Positions 1 to 10,792 of a stretch of 64,000 bases of DNA are shown piece by piece; positions within the stretch are counted from its first letter, which is position 1; every line of letters starts with the position of its first letter. Below the pieces are notes generated by a model, which did not search any database, was not told the origin of the DNA, and saw only the letters and a list, made by a program, of their open reading frames with translations. The position numbers and the translations under genes were made by a program. This DNA is from Nitrospirota bacterium (GTDB lineage: Bacteria > Nitrospirota > UBA9217). Location: positions 38,288 to 102,287 of the forward strand of contig DATJAP010000011.1 in assembly GCA_035516155.1 (NCBI GenBank). Direction: 5' to 3'.

Positions 1-1
1 G

Positions 2-478
2 TCTGGCATGCAGAACCTGCTTGGTCCGAGGATACTTCATGCTTTTGCGCATGGAGGCGCGTCTGAAATGCGCGCTTTGGTCTTCAAAGCGACAGCACTC
101 TTGGTTTTGATTACATCGATCTTCTTTGCTGTTATCGTGATATTCGGCAATATGTTTATTGTTTTGCTTTATGGTCACAAGTATAGCGGAAATGGCCTGA
201 TTGTTTCCATTATGGCATTAAGCCTGGTAATGGGATCTGCGACGTTTCCGTTTTCACGGGGTCTCTTTGCTATGGAACGCGCCGATGTGGACTTCAAGAT
301 TAATATAGTTGTGGTTGCGACGCTGGGACTCAATATATACTTGGTCCGCACCTTTGGCTTAATCGGCGCCGCATATGGCCTGCTTGCTACTCACTCACTA
401 TCGACGTTCTTGAGGGGCATCGCCTTCAACCGCATAGCGCGCACCAAAATTGTGGCTGTGGAGATAGCAGCGGGATAA
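2..478 (+). CDS. C-terminal part of a MOP/Wzx-type polysaccharide flippase (5' end outside the window)
   Basis: The frame is open to the window edge. The product is strongly hydrophobic and multi-helix (VIVIFGNMFIVLLYGHKYSGNGLIV, LIGAAYGLLATHSLSTFL). It sits at the head of a glycan biosynthesis cluster. Confidence 0.5.
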   Translation, partial: SGMQNLLGPRILHAFAHGGASEMRALVFKATALLVLITSIFFAVIVIFGNMFIVLLYGHKYSGNGLIVSIMALSLVMGSATFPFSRGLFAMERADVDFKINIVVVATLGLNIYLVRTFGLIGAAYGLLATHSLSTFLRGIAFNRIARTKIVAVEIAAG

Positions 479-521
479 GCAAATAGGTTAGGCAAATGAT
501 TCTGAATTGTGAAGGATCCTC

Positions 522-1475
522 ATGACTGTGCACTTTTCCGTCGTAATACCACTTTACAATAAAGCCCGCTTTATAAGGAGAGCCTTAGACTCCGTGTTAA
601 AGCAGACCGTGGAAGACTATGAGGTTATTGTCGTGGATGATGGCTCCACAGATGATGGCCCTGAATTGGTGGCTCAATATGGCAATGGCTGTATCAGGCT
701 CATTCGACAAGAGAATCGCGGAGAATCGGCGGCAAGGAACAGAGGTATAGCGGAAGCCCAAGGGGAATTCACGGCATTTCTGGATGCAGACGATGCCTGG
801 AAGCCTCACTACTTGCATACAATTAAAAAACTGATAGACAAACACCCTGAAGCCGGCGCGTATGCTACTGCCTATGAAATCATTTTGCCAAGTGGAAGGG
901 TAATTTGTCCAAAGTTCGAAGCTGTTCCGAGCCCGCCATGGCAAGGCCTCCTGCGCAGTTATTTCAGATCAGCCATCGGTTCTCCCCCCGTTTGTTCAAG
1001 CGCCGTAACCATTCCTCAAAAAGTTTTTCGAGAGGTAGGCACTTTCTCTGTGGGTGTTCCCTTGGGGGCGGATTTGGATATGTGGGGACGGATAGCCATG
1101 AGATATCCAATCGCCTTCAGCAATACGATTGGCGCATCATACATTCAGGATGATCAACATCCGGCAAGTAGAAAACATTATTTTTTCGAGAACCCGGAAT
1201 CAGTTTTTGTGCGGTCAGCCGGGGAAGCAATTAGACGGGGCGAAATCAGAATGGCCGATCTCAAAGACCTGACTGAGTACATGACGAAGCTCCAGCTCGC
1301 TGTCGGATATGATTGCCTTGTCGATGGCCGAAATCCTGTGATAGCTCGAAAAATTATCTTTAAGACATGCCCGAGAAGCTTGCGCCTTAAATGGAAAAGA
1401 TACAGGATTTTAATTCAGACGTGCCTGCCTGATAAGTTTATGAGGATCGCGTACAGAATAATAAGAGGAGCATAA
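522..1475 (+). CDS. Family 2 glycosyltransferase
   Basis: Classic GT2 N-terminus: FSVVIPLYNKARFIRRALDSVLKQTVEDYEVIVVDDGSTDDG, followed by an FLDADD (DxD) motif. Confidence 0.85.
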   Translation: MTVHFSVVIPLYNKARFIRRALDSVLKQTVEDYEVIVVDDGSTDDGPELVAQYGNGCIRLIRQENRGESAARNRGIAEAQGEFTAFLDADDAWKPHYLHTIKKLIDKHPEAGAYATAYEIILPSGRVICPKFEAVPSPPWQGLLRSYFRSAIGSPPVCSSAVTIPQKVFREVGTFSVGVPLGADLDMWGRIAMRYPIAFSNTIGASYIQDDQHPASRKHYFFENPESVFVRSAGEAIRRGEIRMADLKDLTEYMTKLQLAVGYDCLVDGRNPVIARKIIFKTCPRSLRLKWKRYRILIQTCLPDKFMRIAYRIIRGA

Positions 1476-4099
1476 TGCAATATGTTTTATCATGCTTCTT
1501 CGGGCTCATGATGCTGGCGGCTGTCACCACGGTGAAGGAGATAGACGGAAGTGAATCAGTGAAGGGTATAGATATTATCCCGACACCGAAATTAATGGAA
1601 CTGACCGGAAAGAGGTTTGTTTTAACTCATAACGGAAGACCCGAAGCGATGATCATTATTGATGAGAACAATAGAAAGGCGGCGCTTGCGGCCCAGGAGA
1701 TCAATAATTTTATTAATGCTCTTGGAGGACAGCCACTGCCTATAGGAACGGATGTGAATAATGGTGCTGGGCGGTCGCGCAGCATAAACACAATCCAGTT
1801 GGTGTCTCCGCAAAAGACGCCATCAGGCGATTTTCCCAGTGTGGTACGGGAGGCCATGGACATCCTTTCTACAAAAGGCGAGCAGGGGTATGCGATACGG
1901 TTTTACAGCGGGCAGAAAGAAGGTGAGGCAGCGGTCCTCGCCGGCATCGGATGGCAGGGACTGCTGAACGCAAGCAGTACTTTTTGCCTGCTTATAAAGA
2001 AGGAAGGCGCAACGATTTTCATGACAGAGGCTCAGGTTACCGACTGGCCAGACTTCAAGTACCGGGGATTGCCGGTCTGGCCGCTTCCGGGATCCTTTGA
2101 CGATTTCAAAAAATATGTTGATTGGGCGTTCCGCTATAAGTTCAACAGGATTTATACTTACACAACAAGGCAAAAAGCTCCCGACGGTTTCAATCTTCCG
2201 AGCTCCGAAGAACGCCGGTATCTGAGGAAGATCAATGCCTATGCGAGAGATCGGGGAATCAAGATCAACTATGAATTGACCTGGGCGGTAGCTCAGGTAT
2301 CCCAAGGGGAGAGCAGAGATGAGCATCAGGGATCTGTTCTTATTAACGATCAGTATTACTCCTGGAGCGACGACGCATCATTAAGGAAGCGCGCGTCGGA
2401 AATTGCCCAGTTCGCACACGAGACCGAAGCAGAATCTCTACTTTTCCATTGCATCGACACTTACGAGGAAGGCTGGGACAAACGGGGGAAGAATGACCAT
2501 AAGCGTTTTGGAAAGGATCGGGCGTCAGCTGATGCGAATGTAATAAACATATTCACCAGGGAAATTCGCAAGAGCAACCCCGGGATCGAATTGCAGTTTG
2601 TGGTAGCCCCGTATCATGCAAATTTCGATCTCCTTGGGAACGAACGCTACAAAACTTGGATTGCCCGACTGACAGCGTTGATCCCGAACGATGTATACCT
2701 TACCGTCGCTGAATTGAACAGAGAACAAACGGATTCCTGGATCGCCGTTGCCAGGCAACCATTGGTCCACTGGATAAACGGCTATGCCTTTCAATGGGGC
2801 AGGTACTTTTCGATTCTTCCCGCATTTGACAAGACGGCCTTTTACGAGGGACGAGATCGTGACATTATCATCCATTGGGAGCCGATCGGCTATTTCAACG
2901 GGGAAGTGATGCAATTGATTGCGGCCGAGTACTCATGGAACGTTGACGCACCGGGGAGCGGACAAATCACTGAAGAGAGAGCGGGCAAGATCATGGTCGG
3001 CGGGGCTGACCTTCACTATCGCAAAGAAATGATCAACGGCATGGATGCAGGTGCCTGGGCCTGGTATCGTGGAACAGGCGAACCGGAGCCGGCGTTGGGT
3101 AATCTCCTGCTCAAAGCCTGCCGGCTTGAATTCGGCGAAGAAGCGGCACCCTATATGGTCGAGTTCTTTCGAAACAATCCTATCGGCTGGCGTAACGCGG
3201 GACTCTACAACCAGGTCCTTCATGATGTTATGCCGGGAAAAGAATTGGATGCATGTAGCGACCAGCTTAAGAAAACGAAAGATGCATTGTCGAGCCTGAA
3301 AAAAGCATTGACGGTCATAAGGATGAACAGTCCCGTGAGGGAAAGGTTGAAACGTTTCCTGAGCAATACGTATAATCAGGCACTCGTGATTAACGGTATG
3401 ACTGCCTATTATCAGGCAAAGCAACTATTGGCGAAGGGTTTAAACGCAGAAGCTTCGGAAGTAATAATCAATGTTCGCAATCAGATCGCAGCGATTAGGC
3501 GAAAAATGGAAAAGACAGGGTACTGGTCGGATGAGTCACAGGTATGGCATGAAGAAAGTGAGAACAGTTTGAAAATTGCTGAGGCAGGCATACATAAAGT
3601 CCTTTCGAGGAACCTCTTAAAAAATCCCGGGTTTGAAGAACCGCTTGGCCCCATCGACCATAACAATAAAACTATACCATGGTGGTCATCCTTCGGCTCC
3701 TTGGAAATAACGCAAGACAGTCACAGCGGAAGATATGCGGCTAAATTAAAATTGAAATCTTCCGATGATTTTGTTCTTATGGAGCAGGCATTAGCCGTCG
3801 TGCCGGGGTGTAATGGGTACGTAGAGTTTTGGTTGAAAAAAGACGACAATTTCAGGGTCATCCCGGTACTCCAGTATTGGAATGCCGATCACACCAAAAA
3901 AATAGAGGATTTGGCCGTCAATGATTTTCCTTTCAACACAGCTGTTCAGGATTACGGGATGTATAGCGGCACGTTCCTCTTGCCTCCGCATGTTACGCGG
4001 GCGGTATTTAAGATATACGCAGATTGGTTTGGATTTACCCCCAATCAGGAAAAAATGCTTTACCTTGATGACGTGTTTGTGAGCTGTGGGTCAAATTAA
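1475..4099 (+). CDS. Secreted GH20-like/DUF4838-like putative glycosidase with a C-terminal CBM4_9-like carbohydrate-binding module
   Basis: N-terminal signal peptide (FFGLMMLAAVTTV). The DWPDFKYRGL motif resembles the GH20 catalytic-domain entry motif. The C-terminal ~160 aa begin NLLKNPGFEE and include HSGRYAAKLKL, typical of CBM4_9. The 1-nt TAATG overlap with the GT2 gene suggests co-translation. Confidence 0.45.
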   Translation: MQYVLSCFFGLMMLAAVTTVKEIDGSESVKGIDIIPTPKLMELTGKRFVLTHNGRPEAMIIIDENNRKAALAAQEINNFINALGGQPLPIGTDVNNGAGRSRSINTIQLVSPQKTPSGDFPSVVREAMDILSTKGEQGYAIRFYSGQKEGEAAVLAGIGWQGLLNASSTFCLLIKKEGATIFMTEAQVTDWPDFKYRGLPVWPLPGSFDDFKKYVDWAFRYKFNRIYTYTTRQKAPDGFNLPSSEERRYLRKINAYARDRGIKINYELTWAVAQVSQGESRDEHQGSVLINDQYYSWSDDASLRKRASEIAQFAHETEAESLLFHCIDTYEEGWDKRGKNDHKRFGKDRASADANVINIFTREIRKSNPGIELQFVVAPYHANFDLLGNERYKTWIARLTALIPNDVYLTVAELNREQTDSWIAVARQPLVHWINGYAFQWGRYFSILPAFDKTAFYEGRDRDIIIHWEPIGYFNGEVMQLIAAEYSWNVDAPGSGQITEERAGKIMVGGADLHYRKEMINGMDAGAWAWYRGTGEPEPALGNLLLKACRLEFGEEAAPYMVEFFRNNPIGWRNAGLYNQVLHDVMPGKELDACSDQLKKTKDALSSLKKALTVIRMNSPVRERLKRFLSNTYNQALVINGMTAYYQAKQLLAKGLNAEASEVIINVRNQIAAIRRKMEKTGYWSDESQVWHEESENSLKIAEAGIHKVLSRNLLKNPGFEEPLGPIDHNNKTIPWWSSFGSLEITQDSHSGRYAAKLKLKSSDDFVLMEQALAVVPGCNGYVEFWLKKDDNFRVIPVLQYWNADHTKKIEDLAVNDFPFNTAVQDYGMYSGTFLLPPHVTRAVFKIYADWFGFTPNQEKMLYLDDVFVSCGSN

Positions 4100-4233
4100 A
4101 GAAAACATTTCTTGTGAAAGGACCATTCGCCTCTTGCACGGTTCATGCATTCCTCCTTGCGCCGATCAATTTCGCGCATACCTGCTCAGCATTCCAACGA
4201 TCGGAGATCATCTCATAGGGCAATGAAAAGATC

Positions 4234-5289
4234 ATGAAGATCCTCATGCTGGTGGACTGGCAGGTCAAACGGCTGGAAGCGGATTCCGATACGATCCAAT
4301 CGCCGGATAAGGTTGTGGCGGATCGTCCCTACTGGTTTTTCAGATATTGGCCTGATGCCCGGATCGAAGTCGATGTTCTGGATATCGGCAACATATCAGG
4401 GATACAGTCTTTTGAAAGCAGGGTCCTCCGTTTTTTCGTTATGCAATCATTAAGAGCGTATCATATAAGAAAGAAATACGATCTGATCATTTCTCATAGC
4501 GCACGGAGCGCACTGGTTCTTGCATTTTTACGTTCACTGTTGAAAGAATGTGTGCCGCCGCATATCGTTATTGATGTCGGCTGTTTTAACGGGGGCAGAA
4601 AAAACCCCACGGAACTCTCTTTGATCAAAAAAGCGAGCAGGTCCATTGGCGGAGTAATCACGCATAGCAGCGTTCAATCGGAGTACTACGATAAATATAT
4701 GCCTCACCTTCCGTATCGCTTTGTTCCTTTCGGTGTTGATGCCGATTATTTCAAGCCCCAGGGCCTTCAGCAAGATGATTTTGTTTTGTCATTTGGCTCC
4801 CGCGCGAGAGACTATCCGACATTGATCAAAGCGTGGAAAAAGGTCTCCAAGGAACATACACGATTGAAAATCATCGGTGTCGACAAGAAGTCTGCCGTTG
4901 ATTATCAGGATTCTAACATAGAGATCGTCAGCCGGGTCCCTCTTCGGACTCTTATGTTGAACATAACCAAGGCTCGTTTCGTTATCATTCCGTTGCCCTA
5001 TTACAAGTACTCGTACGGACAAATGAGTTTTCTACAGTCAATGGCGCTCGGTAAGAGTTGTATCGTCACGAAAACACCGAGTTCGCAAGATTATCTGAAA
5101 CACAATGAAGATGCCCTCCTTGTTCGTCCATATGACCAGGGGGATCTTGCAGAAAAAATCACCATGCTGCTTGAGAATCAACACCTGAATGACCGTATTG
5201 CCCTAAGCGCCCGTGGAACAATTGAAAACAAATGCAACGAAAAACACATGGCCATTGAAATGTACAATTTTATCTCGGAGCGCATATAA
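4234..5289 (+). CDS. GT-B fold (GT4-like) glycosyltransferase
   Basis: 351 aa. The C-terminal half has the GT4-type nucleotide-sugar binding region (YGQMSFLQSMALGKSCIVTKTPSSQDYL). Glycan cluster context. Confidence 0.65.
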   Translation: MKILMLVDWQVKRLEADSDTIQSPDKVVADRPYWFFRYWPDARIEVDVLDIGNISGIQSFESRVLRFFVMQSLRAYHIRKKYDLIISHSARSALVLAFLRSLLKECVPPHIVIDVGCFNGGRKNPTELSLIKKASRSIGGVITHSSVQSEYYDKYMPHLPYRFVPFGVDADYFKPQGLQQDDFVLSFGSRARDYPTLIKAWKKVSKEHTRLKIIGVDKKSAVDYQDSNIEIVSRVPLRTLMLNITKARFVIIPLPYYKYSYGQMSFLQSMALGKSCIVTKTPSSQDYLKHNEDALLVRPYDQGDLAEKITMLLENQHLNDRIALSARGTIENKCNEKHMAIEMYNFISERI

Positions 5290-5381
5290 GTGAGAGCATT
5301 GCTCGGTTCTCCAATCTTGCACCAGTTACAAATCCTTCGAATCCGCAGCGGGAATTCCAGTAATACATATGTGAGAGAAAG

Positions 5382-7013
5382 ATGATGCCGTTGATGCAGA
5401 TTCGTTACGCATGGCCGTCAAAAGGGGCGGTATGCGTGAGAATGATTATAGGAGGCATGTTAATCTTTTTCTTGCATGGCTGCAGTGATAATGATGCCCG
5501 CACCTTGGGCGACGCTTGTTCCAGTGGAGGCTGCGTTCCCGGATCATCGCCAAGAAGTTATTATATATCTGATTCAACGGGCAGCGACGGTTATACGGCT
5601 GCAGAGGCGCAAAATCCATTAACTCCGTGGAAGTCCTTGAATAATATATCAGGTGTTGTTAAGGGCGATTTTGTATGCCTCAAGAAAGGAGACACTTGGA
5701 CTAATCAGACCCTTGCCACAACTGACGATGGCGAAACTTTTTCGGCTTATGGCACGGGAGCAAAGCCAGTCGTGATCGGTCCGGGGTCAGGCGGGTGGGC
5801 CTTCAGTTCCATCTCCCATTCAGACGTTGTTGTTGACGGCATTGAGTTCTGTAATGCTGACACTACCGTTATGATTGTTGGGGCTGATTCCCCCACGATT
5901 AAAAATTGTAAGATTGTCGGTACGGGAAGTACCAATGCTGAAGGCATTCGTATAAATTCAAATGGTTATAATATTACTAATGTTCTTATCGGTGGGGCAG
6001 GTCAAGGAAACGAAATTATATCTTCGGGTATAGGCATTATATTGGTTCCTGGAAATCCTGATACGATATACGATGCTGAGATTTCTTATAATAATATTCA
6101 CGACTGCGGTTTAGAAGGCATTAAAACTTATGGATCAACGTCAAGCTATACGGGACCTTATGGAATAAATGTCAGCCACAACACATTTAATAACATAGGT
6201 ACGCGGGCCATTTGGGTGCAAGGCGGGTGGCAAAACGTTGCGGGTCACCCAAATTATATAGGCTATAACACGGCAACGAATATTGGGACGCTTTCATCTC
6301 CAAATGTCAACGCTTTTCAGTTGAATTACATAGATACGGCTATTATTGAATATAACACCATCGCGAATGTCTATACGAGCGCCCCCGATGGCGACGGCAT
6401 TGAACTCGACTTGGCATGGGGCGATCACAGTAAAATGTCAAACAACCTCACCGTGAGATATAACATTGTGAGCGGCTGCAATTCGGGGGGTGAATCTCAA
6501 TCCGCGGGTATCAGTGCCGTAGGATGCACAAACAGTGCCATTTATTACAACATCGTTCATCATAATCATATCGGAATATCACATTCCACGCAATATACTA
6601 CGACGAACTCGTTTTATAACAATGTGATGGACAGTAATAATTATGGCGCCTTACGGGGGGACTACTACGGACATGTTGGGGCACCTGCTTCCGTCTGGAA
6701 AAACAATATTATTTCCAACAGTGTTATATATGGATTTATTCTGGATCAGTGGTCATCTGGCCCGAGTGAATCGTATAACCTCTGGTTCAACAACCCTGCA
6801 AATATCTATAAGGACGGGGCGGGACCGATTCCTATCGATTCAACCGACATAGTTAATGATCCTCTATTTCTGGGACCAACAGACTATCATCTTGCCGACA
6901 ACTCGCCCGCTATCTTCGCCGGGACTAATGTTGGCCTGACTTCCGACTTCGACGGAAACCCGGTACCAAAAAATATGGGTGGAACACCCAGCATCGGGGC
7001 GTATGAGCCATAG
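5382..7013 (+). CDS. Right-handed parallel beta-helix (pectate-lyase fold) protein, probable lipoprotein
   Basis: Signal and lipobox-like FFLHGCSD. The body is Gly/Asn/Ile-rich with periodic coils (NCKIVGTGSTNAEGIRINSNGYNITNVLIGG, ISYNNIHDCGLEGI, YNIVSGCNSGG). Confidence 0.7.
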   Translation: MMPLMQIRYAWPSKGAVCVRMIIGGMLIFFLHGCSDNDARTLGDACSSGGCVPGSSPRSYYISDSTGSDGYTAAEAQNPLTPWKSLNNISGVVKGDFVCLKKGDTWTNQTLATTDDGETFSAYGTGAKPVVIGPGSGGWAFSSISHSDVVVDGIEFCNADTTVMIVGADSPTIKNCKIVGTGSTNAEGIRINSNGYNITNVLIGGAGQGNEIISSGIGIILVPGNPDTIYDAEISYNNIHDCGLEGIKTYGSTSSYTGPYGINVSHNTFNNIGTRAIWVQGGWQNVAGHPNYIGYNTATNIGTLSSPNVNAFQLNYIDTAIIEYNTIANVYTSAPDGDGIELDLAWGDHSKMSNNLTVRYNIVSGCNSGGESQSAGISAVGCTNSAIYYNIVHHNHIGISHSTQYTTTNSFYNNVMDSNNYGALRGDYYGHVGAPASVWKNNIISNSVIYGFILDQWSSGPSESYNLWFNNPANIYKDGAGPIPIDSTDIVNDPLFLGPTDYHLADNSPAIFAGTNVGLTSDFDGNPVPKNMGGTPSIGAYEP

Positions 7014-7071
7014 AATTGGGGCGGGACCGGGGCCGTCAACAATTCCTCACTTACCACCATAAGAGAAAATT

Positions 7072-8067
7072 ATGTTAGAGACGGTCCCATGTAACCTGTG
7101 CGGTGGCGCCGATACGGAGCTATTATTCGGCGTAACCGATCACTGCACCGGCCAGGAACAAAAGTTCAACGTCGTGCGATGCAGGTCATGTGACTTGGCT
7201 TATGTGAACCCACGGCCGACACAAGACATAATCTCGCAGTATTACCCGCAAGACTCGTATTACTCATATCGTTTTGGGGACCAAAACACCTTAAAACGCA
7301 GAATCAGGAACTATGTTCTCGAAGAACAGGGCGGGTATTCGCATATCGGAAAAGACAATGTATTAGTCATAGCAATAGGAAAGATCATAAAACATCTATT
7401 AAAGAACCAGGTCCTGATGTCCGTTCCTTATGTGCCGGGCGGAAAAGCTCTCGATATAGGATGTGGATGCGGGGAATTATTACTATGGTTGAAGAACCAT
7501 GGATGGAGCGAAGTGCGCGGCGTTGAAATATCAAAAGGTGCAGCAGCATTGGCCAATGATCATGGTCTCAATGTATTTTGCGGAGAACTTGCAAATGCGC
7601 ATTATCCCGATAGTTATTTTGACTACATTTCGCTTATTCATGTTCTGGAACATATGCATGATCCAGTGATGACACTGAATGAGATTTGTCGAATTCTGAA
7701 ACCGGATGGTTTGCTCGTCGTAGGAGTTCCCAATTTTGCGAGCTATGAGAATAAAGTTTTTGGTGAATATCAGAGTTTCATGAAAGAGGTGCCCCGTCAT
7801 CTCTATCATTTTTCCAAAAAATCGATAACTGACATGTTTGAAAAAAGCGGGTTGATGATACAAATGACTTTAGGAAAAACCTTTTTTTTACCCGGGGCGA
7901 ATAGGAATAGTCTAAAAATATTGTACAGGCATGAGTCCAAAGCGACATTTATACGGGCATTGTGGAAGATTTATATTCAGAAACCGATTAAGTACTTTTT
8001 GTCCACTGAAAAGGAAGCCTTTGGTCAATTATTTACATTTTATGTTAGAAAAAAGAACGGGACCTGA
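7072..8067 (+). CDS. Class I SAM-dependent methyltransferase with an N-terminal Cys4 zinc ribbon
   Basis: CNLCGG...CRSCDL zinc ribbon. SAM motif I is ALDIGCGCGELL. A post-I acidic residue and the LKPDGLLVVGVPN motif are present. Confidence 0.8.
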   Translation: MLETVPCNLCGGADTELLFGVTDHCTGQEQKFNVVRCRSCDLAYVNPRPTQDIISQYYPQDSYYSYRFGDQNTLKRRIRNYVLEEQGGYSHIGKDNVLVIAIGKIIKHLLKNQVLMSVPYVPGGKALDIGCGCGELLLWLKNHGWSEVRGVEISKGAAALANDHGLNVFCGELANAHYPDSYFDYISLIHVLEHMHDPVMTLNEICRILKPDGLLVVGVPNFASYENKVFGEYQSFMKEVPRHLYHFSKKSITDMFEKSGLMIQMTLGKTFFLPGANRNSLKILYRHESKATFIRALWKIYIQKPIKYFLSTEKEAFGQLFTFYVRKKNGT

Positions 8068-8222
8068 TCATCATTACTCCTAACGTGATGAGCCAATGAG
8101 TCATAATATTGAAAATATTTTTGTCTTTATCAAGCTATGAATGATCATCTCGATCATGAGATGCTGGTGAAAGATGAGCCACTCTGTGAACCGCTTTCAG
8201 AGTTAAGGACTGATTAATTCCC

Positions 8223-9530
8223 ATGGACTCAGCAATAATCGTTGCCGTACTTATCGGTGCGGCTGCCGTCATATTCAGTATAAGCCCGGTCTATGGCATT
8301 GCCTTCATTACCGCCTTCAGAACCCTCTCGATGCTCGCGGCCATTCCCATGGGTAAATATGAATATAGCGCTGAGGGTTTTTTGACCCTTGTTATTATTA
8401 TTGCCGGTCTTATATTCGTCACTATGAATTTGCAGACCCTCAAGGGGGTCATTAAATGGCCGTTCGTTATTTTTATTCTTTATTGCGGACTGACCGTCGT
8501 TGGTGCGGCAGATATGGCCAATTTCTCAAAAAAAATCGCCCGGTTAATCGGATATTTCTTCATGTACCTGATGGTGGTTCAACTTAGCATAAAGGAAAAA
8601 AATAAAAAAATATTAAGTTATGCGTTTATTGTTTCTATTTTCGTCACAACATTGCCAGCCATATATATATACTATATCGCTCCTGAAGCATATATGAAAT
8701 CGATTTATAGCACACAGAAGGTGTTAAGCGAAGTCGGTATTATGTCTAAAAATAATTATGGTTTTTACTGCTGTTATATGGTGTTTTTCCTCTTTTACAT
8801 GTATTCCTGCTCGAAAACGATATTTTTAAAGGTTCTAATTTTTAGTCTATTTATTATTCAGACAATTATGCTAGTGCTGTCATACACTCGGACAGCTTGG
8901 GCGGGTTTTATCGTATCCTTGCCCTTCTTCATATTGTTTTCGAAGAATAAAAAAAGGTTAGTAATCCCGGTACTCGCCACGATGATCATCATCGCATCAC
9001 TCTTTTCAGTTATTTATTATGGCGCATATAAGGATGTTACGGAAAAGAAAGAATATGGATTCAGCTCCTGGCAATATAGATGGGGTTATGCTTGGCCGGC
9101 TTCCATCAAAGCGTTTCAGGAAAAGCCAATTATGGGCTGGGGGCTAGGCAATGACTTATATGCACTTGCCAAGGCCGCAAAATTCGATAATACCTCGCAC
9201 AATGATTATCTGCTTATTTTAGTGGAGACCGGCCTAATCGGAATATCATTATATTTGTGGTTGTTGGCTGCTCTTTTCTTGCGGACGTTATCAGGAATCC
9301 GTTCAGCTAAAGATGATGAATCCAGATTACTGTATGTGACCACTCTCGCTATTTTTACATCTTTCCTAGTCGGGTCGCTTGGCGAACATCTCGTGCAGAC
9401 GCCGGGGGCGACCGGTTACGTAATAACTATTCTGGGAATGGCGCACGGAACGATATTAGCAGCCCATAAAAAAAGCATTCCTGTATCGGGGGAGGAGGGT
9501 GTGGGGTGTCCCCCACTCCCCGCATTATGA
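8223..9530 (+). CDS. O-antigen ligase/polymerase family (Wzy_C) membrane protein
   Basis: About 10-12 predicted TM helices. Very AT-rich gene. Wzy_C-type loop: SYTRTAWAGF...GWGLGN...SHNDYLLILVETGLIG. Confidence 0.75.
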   Translation: MDSAIIVAVLIGAAAVIFSISPVYGIAFITAFRTLSMLAAIPMGKYEYSAEGFLTLVIIIAGLIFVTMNLQTLKGVIKWPFVIFILYCGLTVVGAADMANFSKKIARLIGYFFMYLMVVQLSIKEKNKKILSYAFIVSIFVTTLPAIYIYYIAPEAYMKSIYSTQKVLSEVGIMSKNNYGFYCCYMVFFLFYMYSCSKTIFLKVLIFSLFIIQTIMLVLSYTRTAWAGFIVSLPFFILFSKNKKRLVIPVLATMIIIASLFSVIYYGAYKDVTEKKEYGFSSWQYRWGYAWPASIKAFQEKPIMGWGLGNDLYALAKAAKFDNTSHNDYLLILVETGLIGISLYLWLLAALFLRTLSGIRSAKDDESRLLYVTTLAIFTSFLVGSLGEHLVQTPGATGYVITILGMAHGTILAAHKKSIPVSGEEGVGCPPLPAL

Positions 9531-10741
9531 ATTTAATTTTCGCGAATAACAATTATTATCTGAAAGGCGGGGCAGATAAGGTATTTTTTGACGAAATTCG
9601 ACTTTTGGAATCGCAAAAGCATACGGTAATTCCATTTGCAATGCACAATTCCTTAAACAAGAAGATCCCTTATTCCAGTTATTTTCCTTCCGGCATATCA
9701 TATGATAACACGGGGCTCGTTGAGAAAATTAAAACAGCTCCCAAGATTATTTATTCTTTGGATGCAAAGCGCCAGTTTCACAGGCTTCTGTCGTCTGTCA
9801 ATGTTGACATCATTCATGCCCACAACATTTATGGAAGATTGACGTCATCAATCGTCGATGCCGCAAAAATAATGAAAAAACCAATCGTACTCACGTTGCA
9901 TGATTACAAGCTTGTTTGCCCTTCTTATCTTATGTTGAATCACGGAACAACATGCGAAAAGTGCAAAGGCGCTCATTACTATCATTGTTTTGTTACAAGA
10001 TGCCATCGCGACAGCTTTGTCGCCTCATTCATCTACTCGCTCGAAAGCTATTTTAACTCCGTGCTGAGAAAATACGACTGGATCAGGTATCTCATTTGTC
10101 CGAGCAATTTTATAAAAGAGAAATTCATTGAGATGGGGATGCCTGAAGATAAGCTGAAAATAGTTTACAATTTGCTCGATTGTACTGATTTTGCCCCGAA
10201 CTATGACGGAGGAAAGTATTTACTTTATGCAGGTAAGCTAACGAAAGAGAAAGGCGTCATGACCCTGCTCAAGGCGGTCACGGGATTAGACCTATCATTG
10301 AAGATAGTGGGAGATGGTCCATTGAGGTCCGAATATGAAGGATATGTGCGGGAAAACCAATTGAATAATGTGACTTTTGAGGGGTTCAAATCCGGTGAAG
10401 AACTCAAATCATATTTCAGATATGCCGCTTTCCACATTGTACCTTCAGAATGGTATGAAAATGCGCCGATGACAGTCATTGAGGCATTTGCTTATGGAAA
10501 GCCTGTAATTGGCGGGCGGATCGGCGGTATACCGGAAATGGTCTTAGAGGGAGAAACCGGTTTCCTGTTCACGCCTGGAGATCATGATGAGCTGCGCGAA
10601 AAAATTTCTTATTTAGCCTATAATCCTTCAAAAATAGCGGAGATGGGGAGAAAAGCACGTAAACGAGTTGAGGCGGAACATAATCCTCATATCCATTATA
10701 AAAGATTGAGGAACGTCTACGAGGCGGCAATTCGTCTCTGA
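9527..10741 (+). CDS. GT4 family glycosyltransferase
   Basis: The ATG at 9527 makes an ATGA overlap with the upstream stop. EX7E region: [39 protein letters not shown]. The track ORF start at 9506 is probably an upstream extension. Confidence 0.8.
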   Translation: MNLIFANNNYYLKGGADKVFFDEIRLLESQKHTVIPFAMHNSLNKKIPYSSYFPSGISYDNTGLVEKIKTAPKIIYSLDAKRQFHRLLSSVNVDIIHAHNIYGRLTSSIVDAAKIMKKPIVLTLHDYKLVCPSYLMLNHGTTCEKCKGAHYYHCFVTRCHRDSFVASFIYSLESYFNSVLRKYDWIRYLICPSNFIKEKFIEMGMPEDKLKIVYNLLDCTDFAPNYDGGKYLLYAGKLTKEKGVMTLLKAVTGLDLSLKIVGDGPLRSEYEGYVRENQLNNVTFEGFKSGEELKSYFRYAAFHIVPSEWYENAPMTVIEAFAYGKPVIGGRIGGIPEMVLEGETGFLFTPGDHDELREKISYLAYNPSKIAEMGRKARKRVEAEHNPHIHYKRLRNVYEAAIRL

Positions 10742-10792
10742 TGCTTCTCAATCTGTCGTAAGCCATCATTCTGAAAGAAAGGAACGACGCTC

